From assembly GCA_039715015.1 (NCBI GenBank), contig JBDLIE010000001.1, positions 78,719-142,718 on the forward strand: a stretch of DNA of 64,000 nucleotides, written 5' to 3'. How positions within the stretch are numbered: position 1 is the stretch's first letter; the number at the start of each line of letters is the position of its first letter. This document shows, one piece after another, positions 61,417 to 64,000 of the stretch. The notes under the pieces are model-generated. The model did no database searches. It had not been told where the DNA came from and worked only from the letters and a program-made list of their open reading frames with translations. The translations under genes and the position numbers were made by a program. Source of the DNA: Thermodesulfobacteriota bacterium. Lineage in GTDB: Bacteria > Desulfobacterota > Desulfobulbia > Desulfobulbales > SURF-16.

Positions 61417-61447
61417 AAATGAATTTTTCTCTTTGAGGGCAACAACT

Positions 61448-61936
61448 ATGAACATGACAGAGATCAAGGGAAAGGCAATGGATTTGGGGGTAAAGGTTGG
61501 CAAGTTGCGCAAAGTTGATCTTGTGCGCGCCATCCAGGACAAAGAGGGTAACTTCCCCTGTTTTGAAACTGCTAAAGATTATTGCAGCGAAAAGGCCTGC
61601 TGCTGGCGCGATGCCTGCCTTCCTTCCAAGAAGACCATGAAGGGTTGGGAAAAGAAAAAAAAGGCCTACACCAAAAAAATGACAACGGAGCTCAATAATC
61701 TCAAGAAACAACTGGCTAAATTTGAGAAGAAGGCTGCGAAGATGGCAGGCAAAGGCAAAAAAGAGGCCCTGGCTGATATCAAAAAACTTGAGAAGATGAT
61801 TGTGGCGATTACCACCAAGGTGAAAAAATATGCCACGGCCAGCGAAGAGGCCTGGAAGATTGCCAAGAAGGGTATCGACGATGCCTGGAACGATCTCAGT
61901 AAAGCCTACAGGAAGGCTTCCAAAAAGTTTGCTTAG
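61448..61936 (+). CDS. Rho-N/SAP-like domain with Cys cluster fused to a Lys-rich coiled coil
   Basis: KLRKVDLVRAIQDKEGNFPCF....YC....CCWRDAC, then an amphipathic K-rich tail ending EAWKIAKKGIDDAWNDL. Confidence 0.75.
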   Translation: MNMTEIKGKAMDLGVKVGKLRKVDLVRAIQDKEGNFPCFETAKDYCSEKACCWRDACLPSKKTMKGWEKKKKAYTKKMTTELNNLKKQLAKFEKKAAKMAGKGKKEALADIKKLEKMIVAITTKVKKYATASEEAWKIAKKGIDDAWNDLSKAYRKASKKFA

Positions 61937-61989
61937 TCACTCAGCCCTGGGGGTTGTAATTATTTTAGTTTGACATGAGATGATGAAGC

Positions 61990-62033
61990 ATAGAAAAGCC
62001 CCTCTGCCAAATATGGCAGAGGGGCTTTTCTAT
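61990..62033 (+). terminator. Bidirectional terminator
   Basis: ATAGAAAAGCCCCTCTGCCA/TGGCAGAGGGGCTTTTCTAT perfect 20-bp stem. Confidence 0.9.
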
Positions 62034-62100
62034 TTTGTGCGGGGGGATGTTTGGTGTTTGGCGGCTTTTATTTTGAGTTGGTTGCCGGTAGTTTGTTTTT

Positions 62101-62274
62101 GTTCCTTTTTACTCGCCTAAAAAGGAACCCAAAAAGGGCGCCCTTAGCAGCCCTGGCCTGGCGGCCCGCTCGTCTTCCGCCGTGAAAGGGGAATTGCAGG
62201 AACTCGCATCCTGCGGATGCTCAGACATGCTGCAATTCATTTCCCTTTCACGCCTCCAGACGAGCTCAGGGCTG
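62101..62274. other. Highly structured non-coding element (pseudoknot plus long rod)
   Basis: One 5' stem and five nested stems visible by eye; see findings. Confidence 0.7.
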
Positions 62275-62328
62275 AATGGGGGGATAAGCGCATGCCCTGC
62301 GGGCTCTCATTGATTTAAAAACAAAACT

Positions 62329-62518
62329 TTTTCTGATTACCATCGAATCTCAGCCACTTTCCTAGGATGATGTCGTAGGAGCCCGGCCCTCCGGGCGATA
62401 AAGAGACAATTCTGACTCGTCAGGTAGTCCATCGCTCACAGGGGTGATGAGCTCCTACAGGTCCCTATTTGTCGCTTGATAATGAGATAATGGCTGAAAC
62501 ATGGTGGTAACCAGAAAA
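62329..62518. repeat. GTAG-type REP doublet (62375-62458) inside a 28-bp imperfect inverted repeat
   Basis: GTAGGAGCCCGGCCCTCCGGGCGAT ... ATCGCTCACAGGGGTGATGAGCTCCTAC; outer arms TTTTCTGATTACCATCGAATCTCAGCCA / TGGCTGAAACATGGTGGTAACCAGAAAA. Confidence 0.7.
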
Positions 62519-62679
62519 CTTTTTGACTTCATGGAAGTTTTAGAGAAGTATTCGTGCCTGACTAAATGGTTCGCTTGCCATATTGAAATATCGGCTGAGA
62601 AAATAACCGATACCAGCCCTGCCTTGAATATTGAATTTGCAAGGCAGCAATCTAATATAAGCTATGATTAATAGGAAAT

Positions 62680-63780
62680 ATGAACCAAACAAACGAGCAC
62701 ATGTTTTTCACGAATAGCAACAACCAAGACTTGATCAAACAAGTTTCTGGAGGTCTTGACTTTCTGGAAACAACAGAATCAAACGATAATAGCCGAATAT
62801 TTGTCATAAAAAGCCTCAAAGAAATCCTTAAAAGCATGGAATCAAATGCTGAATATTATGACGAAATGTGTCAGTCGAATATACAATGGGTTGGCAATAA
62901 CTTTATAGGTTCTATAAGAAGTTACTTGTCAGAAAAGGACAAAAAATTTGAAAAGATTGGTCCCATATTCACCATGGCTTTACGGTTCATATGCGAGCTT
63001 GAATTCTCAATGCCCGGCGAAATGCATTTCGAACTTCGTCAAATTAAAAATGGAGTTGAAGAGCATCTGAATCTATTCAGTGACAATGAGAAAAGCCAAA
63101 TAATTTACGCTCTTTACACCATGCCAGTGAGCATTGCTAAACGGATAATGCATCACGAGAATATAGAGAGCATTAAATCGTTTAACAAAATAGTTTCTGA
63201 AGCTGACTCCAAAAAGGCCCAATGGGAAAAGGATCTTAAAGATAAAGAACAAGAAGTGAAAGAAATAAGTGACAAGCTTGAAAAGTACAAGAATGCTTTT
63301 AACTTTGTAGGCCTCTATGACGGATTTAACCAACTTTCTGAGGAAAAGAAAAAAGAAAAATTTTGGCTTTTCTTGTCACTGCTATTTGTCTCGTTCTTAG
63401 TCTTGTCCCCATTAGTTTCAGAGGTTCTGTATATAATCTTAAATCAAGATACAATTTCAAAATATAAGGACATATTGATTTATGCAGCTCTTCCACTAGT
63501 GACTGTCGAAATAATATTAATATATTTTTTTAGAATAATTCTATTCAACTATAAGTCAGTCAAAGCACTTCTCGTTCAAATAGAACTAAGAAAAACATTA
63601 TGTCAATTCATACAGAACTATTCAGAATACTCCAAAAAGATTAAATCAGAAGATTCAAGTGCTCTTGAAAAATTTGAAAATCTTATTTTTAGCGGCCTAA
63701 TAACGAATGAAGAAAACCTCCCGTCGACATTCGACGGAGTTGAACAACTGACAAAATTGATCAAGTCAGCAAAACCATAA
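62680..63780 (+). CDS. AT-rich integron-cassette protein: soluble N-terminus, coiled coil, 2 TM helices, conserved-looking C-terminal tail
   Basis: 366 aa, clearly more AT-rich than the flanking genes; AGGA RBS; stop codon directly followed by attC. Confidence 0.85.
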   Translation: MNQTNEHMFFTNSNNQDLIKQVSGGLDFLETTESNDNSRIFVIKSLKEILKSMESNAEYYDEMCQSNIQWVGNNFIGSIRSYLSEKDKKFEKIGPIFTMALRFICELEFSMPGEMHFELRQIKNGVEEHLNLFSDNEKSQIIYALYTMPVSIAKRIMHHENIESIKSFNKIVSEADSKKAQWEKDLKDKEQEVKEISDKLEKYKNAFNFVGLYDGFNQLSEEKKKEKFWLFLSLLFVSFLVLSPLVSEVLYIILNQDTISKYKDILIYAALPLVTVEIILIYFFRIILFNYKSVKALLVQIELRKTLCQFIQNYSEYSKKIKSEDSSALEKFENLIFSGLITNEENLPSTFDGVEQLTKLIKSAKP

Positions 63781-63904
63781 TCATAACAATTCGCTCAAGC
63801 ACGAAGCGCAAACTTGCGCTTCGCTGAATAGGCTTCGGCCAGCTTAATTACAACCCGAACTTAATCAACCCAAGCTAGGCGCGCGTCTAAGCTTTGCGTT
63901 AGGT
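63781..63904 (+). mobile_element. Integron attC recombination site
   Basis: Starts TCATAACAATTCGCTCAAGC (R'' and L''), ends GTCTAAGCTTTGCGTTAGGT (L' and GTTRRRY R'); internal hairpin CGAAGCGCAA/TTGCGCTTCG. Confidence 0.85.
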
Positions 63905-64000
63905 AATCCCCCCATTGTTAATGGGCGTTAAAAGTAGAACATTATGCTGCTAACTCTAATTTCTGCTTGGGAGTTATTCCTCCCAATGCCATATTGGGGC

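Overview
Mostly core chromosome of an anaerobic, sulfur-cycling deltaproteobacterium. Gene content (Mrp antiporter with DUF4040, HDOD/PilZ/cNMP signalling proteins, DVU0298-like gene, desulfoferrodoxin, ExtJ-like protein) suggests Desulfobulbales; this is inference. The window holds an 11-gene Mrp/Mnh antiporter operon, DUF4492-cydAB plus an unannotated small membrane ORF, rpmH-rnpA-yidD-yidC-jag-mnmE with no dnaA or mnmG next to it, radA/hemW/radC/gatB/rdgC, four tRNAs, and a perR-dfx-ferritin-fprA oxidative-stress cluster. The most unusual parts are: (i) a translationally coupled operon of a secreted tandem rhodanese and two hybrid kinases, converging on a sigma54-driven, frameshifted OmcS-like multiheme cytochrome (38.4-45.8 kb); (ii) an AT-rich integron cassette with an attC site, no integrase in the window, and a recognisable insertion junction (62.66-63.9 kb); (iii) a 430-bp stack of structured non-coding elements just upstream of it (pseudoknot/long-rod element and a REP doublet inside a larger inverted repeat); (iv) a shared AT-rich box upstream of perR, the DVU0298-like gene and cydAB; (v) two small ORFs missing from the ORF track. 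All calls come from reading the sequence and recalling motifs; no searches were run.
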